Assembly: GCF_032444005.1 (NCBI RefSeq)
Contig: NC_091291.1
Location: forward strand, 22,692,001-22,756,000
Source: Ranitomeya imitator
Taxonomy: Eukaryota
Length of the DNA: 64,000 nucleotides
Direction of reading: 5' to 3'
The translations under genes were made by a program, and so were the position numbers. A model generated the notes under the pieces. That model made no database searches, had not been told where the DNA came from, and saw nothing but the letters and a program-made list of their open reading frames with translations. Shown here piece by piece: positions 23,851-34,284 of this stretch (its first letter is position 1; each line of letters begins with the position of its first letter).

Positions 23851-26494
23851 CGAATTCAGTTGCTGTATCCACATTAGGGCACGCCACACACTTCCCACAT
23901 GGTTTACAACCCCATGGGGATCTTGGCTGTTGTTTTTGTGACCCAAATAATGGCCGTTCTTTTGGGACGTATAAACTCCTAACCAAAGTGTCCCTCAAGC
24001 TCTTTGATCTTCGCGCAGTGAGAGAGGGTTTCTGCGACAAATACTGTTTGAGCACTGGATCCGCCAATAAAACTGGCCAATGTTTTGCCACGCTATCAGA
24101 AAGTTTTCCCCCATTGGGAGTTATAGGTTGTCACCAACCTTACCTGATTAGTTGCAGTTTTTTTCCCCGACGAATAAAGAAGTTGATGGTGGTCCTTATT
24201 TCTAGCACGATTGTATGCTCTTTTTATACTTCTTCGACTGTAACCCCTCTCCAGGAATCTTGTCCTCATTTCCAGTGCACGTTTTTCAAAATCCTCCATA
24301 GTGGAGCAAATTCTTCTGATCCGCAGAAACTGGCCATATGGCACTGCATTGATTACATGAGACGGGTGAGAGGAGCTGGCATGTAAAACAGAATTGACCG
24401 CAGTATCCTTACAGAAGGCATCGGAGATTAACAGATCACTAGGGTCTCTTTTGACCAAAACATCAAGGAATTCAATCTGCTCATAACTGTATTTATATGT
24501 TAAATGAATGTTATACTCATTATTATTCAAAGTCTGAAAAAAAGTTTGAAGCTCAGACGATGTACCACGCCAGATCAGAAATATGTCATCGATGTAGCGG
24601 GTCCAAAAAATGACCCGCTCCATTGATGTACCCTGATCTGACGCGAATAGATCCCTCTCCCACAGCCCCAGGAACACATTTGCATACGAGGGCGCACAAG
24701 CCGCCCCCATCGCGGTGCCCTGGAGTTGTAGGTAGAGGGATCCATTAAAAATAAAAAAAAGTTATGAGTCAGAAGAAATTGTAGGAGGCTTACCAAAAAC
24801 TCGATTTCCTCCCTTGAAAAATTGGTCATAGTCAAAAAATTAGAGACCGCCCTCAAGCCATCATGGTGCCGGATGTTTGTATATAGCGACTCCACGTCGC
24901 AAGTCACTAGAAGCATATCCTCATCAATATGCACTGAGTCTATTTTTTTTCAAAAAATCAGACGTGTCCCGAGTGAATGAGGGAATGGCTTCCACCAATG
25001 GCTTGAGGAACATGTCTATGTATCTCCCGATGCCTTCCGTAAGGCTGCCTATCCCGGAAATGATGGGCCTTCCCGGAGGATTTTTCTGATTTTTATGCAC
25101 CTTTGGCAATAAATACAATACCAACAGATTATCCCTTACCTCCACAGTAATAATTACCCTCTCCTCCGCCCTCCATAGAATTTTTCGAAGCTCCTCTTTA
25201 TATGAGACAAGAGGATTGAACGTTAATTTTTTGTAACAAATAGAATCTCTCAACATTCTATATGCCTCTGTCTCATATAAACTCGTTGGTCAGATTACAA
25301 CATTTCCACCTTTGTCCGCAGGTTTTATTAAAATGTCCTTGAGGTTACTCGGAACCTTTATAGCTTGATGTTCTTTTTTTTGTCAAGTTATCCTGCCAGA
25401 CTATTGGTGGAATCCCTTCAAGCTCTTTTGTCACTAGTTGAATAAAAATATCCACATTTGGACATAGGGACAAAGGAGGAAATTTTTTTGGATTTCGGGC
25501 GGAGTGAGGGTGGTATCTTACCCAAAGATGGATTGACATGTTCTTCTGCCAGCTCCTCCAAATCCCTCAATGTAGCTTGTTCCTCAGGTAAAGGGAAATA
25601 ACTTTTGAATCTCTTCACTATGGTGCCACTTTTTAAGCCATAGCGATGTCCCGAACACATGCAGGTCCTTAATCACTGTAAAGGTGTCAAGCCGCGTGCT
25701 AGGGGAAAAGGTTAGACCCTTAGATAAAACAGAAAAGTTCTTCATTACTGAGTTCATAATTCGATAAGTTAATTACCTTTAGGGCATCATTTCTGGAGTT
25801 GGAGGTCTGCGGGCGTGTATTAGAATCCGATTTTTGTTCTTTTTTTTCCTTTTATTATTCCCAAATCTTGTTTGAATGGAGTATTGGGTTCCGTCAGATC
25901 TCCCTCCAGACGATGCCAAAGATGACACCGAAGAAGTTCTCCTAATATGACTCCCGGAACTTTTCCTTCTCCATCTATACACTGTGCCATTAGTGTTGGT
26001 TGCTGCACTGGTATCCGCACCATCAAAGACCGAAGCAGCTTGTTACCTGCCAGGTCGTGTCTCGATTTCTATAATCCATTGTTTGTCAACAACAACTCTG
26101 CGAAAATACACAGCAAAACACAATTTACCAATAAGGACAAACAAAACACAGGTGAAATACAAAAATTAACCCCTGTGCCCCCCGTCAGGAGATATTAAAG
26201 CCGTAACGGTCTCGTACAAGCAAATATATAAACCTATAAAAAAAAATGTACAAGTCAGGCCTCAAAGTACAAAACAAAATACCAAAATTGCCTTATCGCC
26301 TGTCGTTTCGTCTTCATCGCCGTATCTCAAATAAAATGTTCACCTCAGCAAAACTTTTTTTGAACTGGATGAGTGCAGTGATTTCGTTTCATTTCAAGTA
26401 TTGATGGGACCATTGTCTCCGTTCACTTGCACCATCAAACTCTACAAACAGTCGAGTGCTAGCTTTTCGTTCTCTCTACTATATTGTATAATGC

Positions 26495-27435
26495 ACCCCC
26501 ATAGGCAGACTCTATAATATAATGCAGCACCCATAGGCAGACTCTATAGTATAATGCAGCACCCATAGGCAGACTCTATAGTATAATGCACCCCATAGGC
26601 AAACACTATAGTATAATGCAGCACCCATAGGCAGACTCTATAGTATAATGCACCCCCATAGGCAGACTCTATAGTATAATGCAGCACCCATAGGCAGACT
26701 CTATAGTATAATGCAGCACCCATAGGCAGACTCTATAGTATAATGCACCCCATAGGCAAACACTATAGTATAATGCAGCACCCATAGGCAGACTCTATAG
26801 TATAATGCACCCCCATAGGCAGACTCTATAGTATAATGCAGCACCCATAGGCAGACTCTATAGTATAATGCAGCACCCATAGGCAGACTCTATAGTATAA
26901 TGCACCCGCATAGGCAGACTCTATAGTATAATGCAGCACCCATAGGCAGACTCTATAGTATAATGCAGCACCCATAGGCAGACTCTATAGTATAATGCAC
27001 CCCATAGGCAAACACTATAGTATAATGCACCCCCCATAGGCAGACTCTATAGTATAATGCACCCCCATAGGCAGACTCTATAGTATAATGCAGCACCCAT
27101 AGGCAGACTCTATACTATAATGCACCCCTATAGGCAGACTCTATAGTATAATGCACCCCCATAGGCAGACTCTATTGTATAATGCACCCCCATAGGCAGA
27201 CTCTATAGTATAATGCAGCACCCATAGGCAGACTCTATACTATAATGCACCCCTATAGGCAGACTCTACTGTATAATGCACCCCCATGGGCAGACTCTAT
27301 AGTATAATGCACCCCCATAGGCAGACTCTATAGTATAATGCGCCCCCCATAGGCAGACTCTATAATATAATGCACCCGCATAGGCAGACTCTATAGTATA
27401 ATGCACCCCCCCCATAGGCAGACTCTATAGTATAA
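26495..27435. repeat. About 30-31-bp minisatellite ataatgcagcacccataggcagactctatagt
   Basis: Direct periodicity. Confidence 0.95.
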
Positions 27436-28317
27436 TACAGCCTCGTAAAAACAATAAATATTCACCTCTCTTCCTCCTGGTTCCTCTGCTGCTCTGAGCG
27501 CCTGCACATCTCCAGACAGCAGGCGCCGAGTAGTGACGTCATGGTAACCCCTGTTGGTGTCGGCTTCGGTGACATCAGATGCTGAGAGGGGGATGATGTG
27601 AGAGGGAGTGTAATGCTGTTGAACCTGCAATAACAGGTGGGAGGCCCCGCCTGCTCAGGGGCCCCATAGCGGCAGGGTGGTAGAGCAGGGAGATCATGTC
27701 TCCTTGTTTTGTCGCAGTGCAACTGATGTGCGCGCCGATACAGTACAGTAGCATAGCTCTGGATGGGCCCCCTCCGAGCTCGGGGCCCGGGGCGACCGGT
27801 ATATACGCTACAGGAAGAAGGTAAAGGCCCCTAATTATGGGGCGCAATTACTTTTCCGATGGATTTTTGTAAAGACCCCTAACTATGGGGGGGGGGCAAT
27901 TATTTTTCCAATGGGTTTTTATGGCAGACAGAGCAGGAATATTCCACATTGCAAGCAATGGCGCCTTTATGATCACTCTGGGAGCAAGACGACACAATAG
28001 GAAGCAAGAACTGACCCATAAGAAGAATTAACCCCTTGAATTAAAAAAAAAAATCTAAAGAAGAGAGGTTTAAAAAAAAAAAAAAGTTAAAAATTATAAA
28101 TGGCGCCATTGCACTATGTGTCCACTAGGTGTCGCCACTTCATACACATTTCTTACACTATATACCTCTAGCGTCAGGATACAGATGATTTGTAAATGAG
28201 AAAACTGCAGAGAAGGGAAGTCCTTCTTATGGACCATTAGATTACCTGGATTTTATGTTTTGGATTCAGGGTGCAAAAAGTTGTGATTATAGGACAACCC
28301 CCTTTAAAATATTAACT

Positions 28318-28477
28318 TGGAACAATGACTCTGCCCACTAGGGGGCGCAAAAGTAAAAAAAAAAACAACTTTTATTCCTCCATAGACTTTTAGGCCTTCA
28401 TCAAGTCCATAAGTGTATGGCGTCATTATTATTCTTTTTTACTTTTGCGCCCCCTGGTGGGCATTGTCATCATTCCA
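28318..28477. mobile_element. Small palindromic MITE-like element with CTCF-like motifs in both arms
   Basis: About 43-bp imperfect inverted repeats (28318-28360 and 28435-28477) containing CCACTAGGGGGCGC and its complement GCGCCCCCTGGTGG. Confidence 0.65.
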
Positions 28478-28666
28478 TGTTGTAGATATTTTCTTTGTTT
28501 TCTTTTTTTTTTAACCCTTTTAAAATTGGTTGCCTGAGATCTCTTTAACCAAACCCGTGTGCATGACCCCAGCCCTGGTAATAATATATAATGACTCCGT
28601 AGATAATAACAGGTAACGACTCAGTCTTATTTTTTATTGGTCGCAGTTTTTTTCATGGTGGTCTTT

Positions 28667-29279
28667 TCAGTAGGCGAAACGCCTGGGTGCCCGCCTCACC
28701 CGTATAGGGTAACGCCTTGGCACTTCTTCAGGGTAGGTTGACATCCTTGGTATTTTCGCAGGTCTGGCCTTTGAAAGGGCCATCATAGAAGACTTCTGGT
28801 CATGCGTGGTCGACCCTGAGCTTGTGGTCGCCTCTGGTGGTGACTGTGGTTGAGGCATAGACCTTTGCGGCATGTCCTTAGCGTCCGTTTTTCCCGGCTT
28901 GGCCTCCTTACTGACAGTCTCCTCTGGTCGTGGAGATTTCAGGAGTGGCATTAGGACATTGTCTGTGGCCACCATTGGATGTGGAACAGTTTCCGGGGAT
29001 CTTGGGGCAGCATCCATTGAGTTTGGGCGGGGCGCGATCAGAGGTGATGCGGTGTCCGCCGGGGGTGGGAAGACTCTTTGTGGGACGCTTTCTAGTAATC
29101 TTCGAACATTGGTGGCGGCCATTGAGTAGTGATACATTTTTTTCGGATCGTCATTTAGTTCCCTCGGTGCATTGGTGCTGCCCGCTGTGCTCGGAGGAGC
29201 GACGCGCGCTGTGCTCGGAGGAGCGACGCGCGCTGTGGTCTCGGATTCGGCATCTTGATGTACATCCTTTTTAGGAAAT
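28667..29279 (-). CDS. Candidate orphan gene, exon 2 (Pro/Ser/Thr-rich, ends RRYPIRVRRAPRRFAY*)
   Basis: Acceptor ttttgcttacatttcag at 29280; frame open for 204 codons from acceptor to stop, with an in-frame TAA just upstream in the intron; in-frame 24-nt duplication; AATAAA at 28638-28633. Confidence 0.6.
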
Positions 29280-29460
29280 CTGAAATGTAAGCAAAATTAT
29301 TAATACGCAAAAAAAAAAAAAACAACAACAACACAACCATCCCCCTAAAACCTCAGGCTCATAATAATATGGAAACCTGAAAATAATACATTTTCAGGAC
29401 TGGAAGTATTAATAAATTGCTGCCACCTACAGGCGAAATAATATGAAAATGTAACTTCAC

Positions 29461-29468
29461 CCGTGCAT
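29461..29468 (-). CDS. Candidate orphan gene, exon 1 coding part (ATG CAC GG)
   Basis: gcgatcATG context (A at -3); phase-2 donor GG|gtgaag at 29460 matches the phase-2 acceptor at 29280, giving a 181-nt intron. The donor is weak. Confidence 0.45.
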
Positions 29469-30384
29469 GATCGCGGCGCTGTGGTCAGTCCTGTGTTCGG
29501 TCAGTGGTCAGGTCCGGATATGTGAAGCATAGAACTTCTGGCTGTTCAATAAGAAGAGTTCTTAGTGATGTCATCATTCCTATTATGATGTCATCATTCC
29601 TATTATGATGTCATCATCCCCCTGCACTGCAGGGAATCTCCCTATGAGTCAATGCTAATTATTTCACCTTGGGCCCCTTGCTGTCAATTTTCCTCGTTTC
29701 TCCAGGGACCAATTTAATTTATTTTCCACTCTCGTTATTGCATAAAAGGCGATTCCTTCTCACAGATTTCAGTAGCAGAGAACAAAGACAAAGTTTGTTT
29801 TTACAAAAAGTTTTCAAAAAGTTCAAAACATTAAATAAAGTTTTCACAACTTTCTAAAAGTTTTAAACTTTTATGTTGACAATGCAATAAAAACTTAATT
29901 TTAAGGAATTAAAGGGCGAAATTGAAGAATAAAAGACGAATAACAAAGATTTTAATTTTTTTAGAACAGTGGAACTTTTTAGCCGTACGTACACAGTTTT
30001 ATAGAAGAAATTGGGGTGACATTGACCCCCCCCCGTCCGTGCTGCCTGCCTGTTCTAGCGGAAAAAGAAAACTAAAACAACATTTAAAAAAAAAGTTATT
30101 CAAAAAGTTTTAATAGATTTTTGCTTTAACTTGCACATTTTGGAATAATTAATACAAGTCCTGTCGGGACTGCCGCACTTTACCTGCATTCACAGGTACT
30201 AAGAAAAAGCAGAAATAAAAATCCCCAAATTTCTAAAATCCTAAAATAAGCAATGTCCCTCCACAGATAAACTAAGAATTTGGGAACTGGTTGATGAAAT
30301 CACGACAAGTTGGATTTCAGTCCGTCCTCTGGTTCCTGGCAGCCATTTGTCTTCTTATTGTATACAGCGATCTGGTGGATTGTA

Positions 30385-32185
30385 TACAGCACCGCACAAA
30401 AATTTGGACACCCCTGTTCATGTTCATGCAGGGATTCTCCTTTTTTGGAATGTGCTCATTGCGGGTTCAGGCAGAAGGCAGCAAAACACAGGAAAACAAG
30501 GAGAAAAGAAACATGTGAAACAAACCAGATTATTCTGCTGGATTTACAGCAGCACTACTCAGTACATTTGGATTCACAGCTACTATACTGAATACTGCTG
30601 TATTTACAGCTACAATACTGAGTACTGCTGTATTCACAGCTACACTACTCCATGCTGCTAGATTCCCAGCAGCATTACTCAGCACTGCTGGATTCCCATC
30701 TACACTGCTCAGTACCGCTAGATTCACAGCTAGACTACTCAGTACGCTGGATTCACAGCTACACTACTCAGTACTTCTAGATTCACAGCTACACTATTCA
30801 GTATTGCTGGATTCACACCTAAGCTACTCAGTACTGCTAGATTCACAGCTACATTACTCAATATTGCTGGATTCCCATCTATACTACTCAGTACTGCTCG
30901 ATTCAGAGCTACACTACTTAGTATTCATGGATTCACACCAAGACTACTCAGTACTGCTAGATTCACAGCTACACTACTCAGTACTGCTGGATTCCCATCT
31001 ATACTACTCAGTGCTGCTGGATTCAGAGCTACACTACTCAGTACTGCTGGATTCACACCAAGACTACTCAATACTGCTGGATTCACAGCTACACTACTCA
31101 GTACTGCTGGATTCAGAGCTACACTACTGAGTACTGCTGGATTCACACCAAGACTACTTAGTACTGCTGGATTCACAGCTACACTATGCAGTACTGCTGG
31201 ATTCAGAGCTACACTACCCAGTACAGCTGGATTCACATCAAGACTACTCAGTACTGCTGGATTCACAACTACACTACTTAGTACTGCTAGATTCACAGCT
31301 ACTTTACTCAGTACTGCTGGATACACAGTTACACTACTCAGTGTTACCCCTCAGATTCCTCCCATTTTACCCTGATGACCACTTTACATCCCCTTGGCTT
31401 CTCTCAAACAACTTATTTAGGTTGTCGCCTGGTATGACTTCTAACAGTCTTTAAGGAGTTCTCAGAGATGCTGAGCTCTGTGTCCAACTCATCCCAAACC
31501 ATCACCATAGTTTACAGGTCAAGTGATTGTGGAGGCCATAGAATCTGATGCATCCTCCATCCCTCTCATTCTGGGTCACATCGCCCTGACATAGCCCGAC
31601 TGGTCTCCTCTGGACAGTTGATGTTGAGATGTTTCTGTTACTTGATGTCTTTACATCATTTATCTGAAGTGCTGTCAATTTGTGCTTTCTGAGGCTGGCA
31701 ACTCTGATGAACCTATCCTCTGCAGCAGAGGTCATTTTTAGGTTTCCTTTCCTCATGACAGCCAGTTTCATCACATATATTGATGGTTTTCATTACTGCA
31801 CTTCAGGTTACCTTCAAGATTCGAGCAATTTTCTGGATTGACTGACCTTGATGTTTAAAAGTAATAATGGACTGTTGTTTACGATTACATGAGGCATACC
31901 TGATTATTGGAAGCCATTCCAGCTGATGACTTAATGACGTTGCTGGAGAGAATGCTAGGGGGGTGTAAAGCCACCATCATAGTGACAGGGGAAATACATG
32001 AGATATCTAAGGTGTAATACAAATTCCGGTTTGTTTCTCACATTTTTCTTTACTCCCCTGCTTCCATATCTATGTGTTCCTTCCTTCGTGGTTTCGCTGC
32101 CTTCAGTCTGACTTTGCAATGTGCACTTGCCACTAAGAACAAGGAAATGATTGAATGGACAGGGGTGTTCAAACTTTTGCAGTTA
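30385..32185 (-). mobile_element. Old Tc1-like transposon relic with internal satellite
   Basis: Transposase fragment TSAAEDRFIRVASLR...ISTSTVQRR (31502-31774); partial inverted termini aaaatttggacacccctg (about 30398-30416) and caggggtgttcaaactttt (32160-32178). Confidence 0.6.
30530..31345. repeat. 30-bp tandem repeat ggattcacagctacactactcagtactgct
   Basis: Direct periodicity; same family at 32670-32745, 33040-33245 and, degenerate, 34690-35430. Confidence 0.93.
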
Positions 32186-32303
32186 TTACTTATCCATGGG
32201 CTCATGGGTGAAGGACTGGACATCAGGTGTACAGAGCAGTCTGGAGCAGGAGAAAGATGAATCTGATGAAGAGGAGGACATAAGCTGTGGACGATACCAG
32301 TGT

Positions 32304-32362
32304 TTACACCGACTCATATCCGGGTATTGGTGATGATTGATGAGCCAGGAGGTGGCAAATCC
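32304..32362 (-). CDS. NKG7: NKG7-like gene, exon 4 (GICHLLAHQSSPIPGYESV*)
   Basis: Acceptor gttttttcag at 32363; phase 1; TAA at 32306-32304; tail resembles the human NKG7 end PRPGYETL as recalled. Confidence 0.75.
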
Positions 32363-32745
32363 CTGAAAAAACAACAGCACAAGATGTAATGTGGGCTAGT
32401 ATTGGACACGTGACTGTCCATGTATTGGCTACCTGGTACTCTGTGACCCCATGTTCCCAGCCAATACGTCAGTAGATTTGATTTGGCTTTGGTTCTCACT
32501 CACATTCAGAGCTGCAATCACAATTCTGCTAGCTACCACTATACCTGATAGTTTGCTTTGACATCCCATAATATCTTACAGCCGCTTCAATGCATTTAGC
32601 ATTCACAAAATGCACAAAGAGCCTACAGGGAGTAACAACAATACACCATGTGTGACACGTAGAGTGCTAATGAGCACTGCTGGATTCACAGCTACACTGC
32701 TCAGTACTGCTGGATTCACAGCTACACTGCTCAGTACTGCTGGAT

Positions 32746-33031
32746 TAATAATAATAAATAATAATCTTTATTTTTATATAGCGCTAACATATTCTGCAGC
32801 GCTTTACAGGTTGCACACATTATCATCACAGTCCCCGTTGGGGCTCACAATCTAAATTCCCTATCAGTATGTCTTTGGAATGTGGGAGGAAACCGGAGTA
32901 CCCGGAGGAAACCCACGCAAACACGGAGAGAACATACAAACTCTTTGCAGATGTTGTCCTTGGTGGGGTTTGAACCCAGGACTCCAGCGCTGCAAGGCTG
33001 CTGTGCTATCCACTGCGCCACCGTGCTGCCC
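32746..33031 (-). mobile_element. tRNA-derived SINE (V-SINE-like)
   Basis: Minus strand: A-box GGTGGCGCAGTGG, B-box GGTTCAAACCC, central GGTTTCCTCCGGGTACTCCGGTTTCCTCCCAC, (TAT)n tail; splits a 30-bp array in intron 3. Confidence 0.88.
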
Positions 33032-33468
33032 ACATATTTTCAGCTACACTACTCAGTACTGCTGGATTCACATTTACACTACTCAGTACTGCTGGATTCA
33101 GAGCTACACTACTCAGGACTACTGGATTCAGAGCTCCACTACTCACTATTGCTGGATTTACAGCTACACTACTCAGTATTGCTGGATTTACAGCTACACT
33201 ACTCAGCACTGCTGGATTCACAGCTACACTTCTCAGTACTGCTGTATAAAGTCTGCATCTCTGGATATGACTTTAGTATAAGTCTGGAAAGGATTCTCAA
33301 AATTACAGGATATGCGATAAGCGTCTCACCCCCCCCCAGGAAGAATTGGGGTCCCTGAGACCACATCTGTCCCATCTTGATATTTCACCCCACCACCTAA
33401 ATACTTGTCACATGTTCTTACATGGATTTTTTTGTGTTTTTTTGATGGGGAAGGGACAGCAGACCAAC

Positions 33469-33597
33469 CTGAAATTATGAGGAGCACATTGGCTGTCCAG
33501 CACAGGTAGAAGGACCACTGGTAATTACAAGAACTGTTGAGGACTGAATAAGACGTCTCAGCCGTGTAAACGGACATCCCGACAAGAAGAAACATGG
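33469..33597 (-). CDS. NKG7: NKG7-like gene, exon 3 (AMFLLVGMSVYTAE...QWSFYLCWTANVLLIIS)
   Basis: 129 nt, phase 1/1; ttttgcag acceptor, gttggt donor; family motifs VYT and WSFYLxW. Confidence 0.85.
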
Positions 33598-34003
33598 CTG
33601 CAAAATATAAGGGCACAGAATAAACCACAAGGACCCCGAGAGTTGCATTCATTATTCAATTGGCTGAATGCAAAACCCTATTCTTTTTTTTTTTTTACCT
33701 GGAACAGCGCCACCTGTTAAGTTGTGGCTGTGTCTGGTATTGCAGCTCATTTTTTTTTTTCACTTGGGACTGTGCTGCCATACCAGAAAAAGCCACAACC
33801 AATGGAGAAATCTTGAAAAGGCTCTTTAATATACAAGTTTTATAAAATTACCTCCCCATCCCTAGTAGTGTAAGGTCTTTTTTCCCTTCTCCATAAGTTT
33901 GGGTCTTCTGCTTCCAGGTGGTGCTGTGATACAATAATGCAGCGCCATCTCATGTTGGAAAACATATCGAGCCTGATGAAGATGTTAGGACTCTTGTGCT
34001 CAC

Positions 34004-34150
34004 CTGATAAGCTTTGCAGGACAGCAGTTCCGAGGCAGGCGGTGATTCTTCCTACACGGAACTTGAGAAATGTGAGGCAGGAAAATATCATCCCAAAGAT
34101 GAGAAGCGCGGTGGAGAAGATAACAAACCCTCTGGTGGCATTTATGTATC
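34004..34150 (-). CDS. NKG7: NKG7-like gene, exon 2 (GYINATRGFVIFS...TAVLQSLS)
   Basis: 147 nt, phase 1/1; cttcctccag acceptor, gtgagc donor; two hydrophobic helices. Confidence 0.85.
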
Positions 34151-34224
34151 CTGGAGGAAGAACACACAGCCATCGTGTAATGATCACTATATATCAGATC
34201 ACAATATAATCAGTGAGCAGAACC

Positions 34225-34284
34225 CACCACTAGGGGGAGCTCACTGCATATTAATCGCTTTGCAGTGAGCTCCCCCTAGTGGTG
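34225..34284. repeat. Perfect 24-bp inverted repeat with 12-nt spacer (mini-MITE, CTCF-like arms)
   Basis: caccactagggggagctcactgca (34225-34248) and tgcagtgagctccccctagtggtg (34261-34284); related imperfect copy at about 48055-48146. Confidence 0.9.

Larger units (their letters stand above)
20440..26286 (-). mobile_element. Decayed Penelope-like retroelement (RT plus GIY-YIG endonuclease) with pseudo-LTRs
   Basis: RT motifs MGAACAPSYAN and FWTRYIDDIFLIW (24096-24710), LVTCDVESLYTNI (24575-24934), GRPIISGIGSLTE (24924-25256); GIY-YIG segment VVYYAYCTCTKIYVGLTTRALKIRIREH...GLN (21711-22113); several frameshifts and stops; about 165-bp direct repeats at 20440-20603 and 26122-26286. Confidence 0.9.

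Noticed and set aside
26298-26325. Second hammerhead-like string (GCGATGAAGACGAAAC on the minus strand)
   Set aside because: No stem II and no stem I pairing.
30804-31326. 10-aa periodic ORFs (LLDSQLHYSV / NPAVLSSVAV)
   Set aside because: Both strands are open because of the 30-bp repeat; no gene structure.
20370-32300. A CLDND2 ortholog in the human syntenic slot
   Set aside because: I found no W-GLW-C-C or FSWS exons between ETFB and the NKG7-like gene by eye; a tBLASTn search would be decisive.
32966-33031. tRNA gene
   Set aside because: The A/B boxes are the head of a SINE continuous with its body and tail; no complete cloverleaf.
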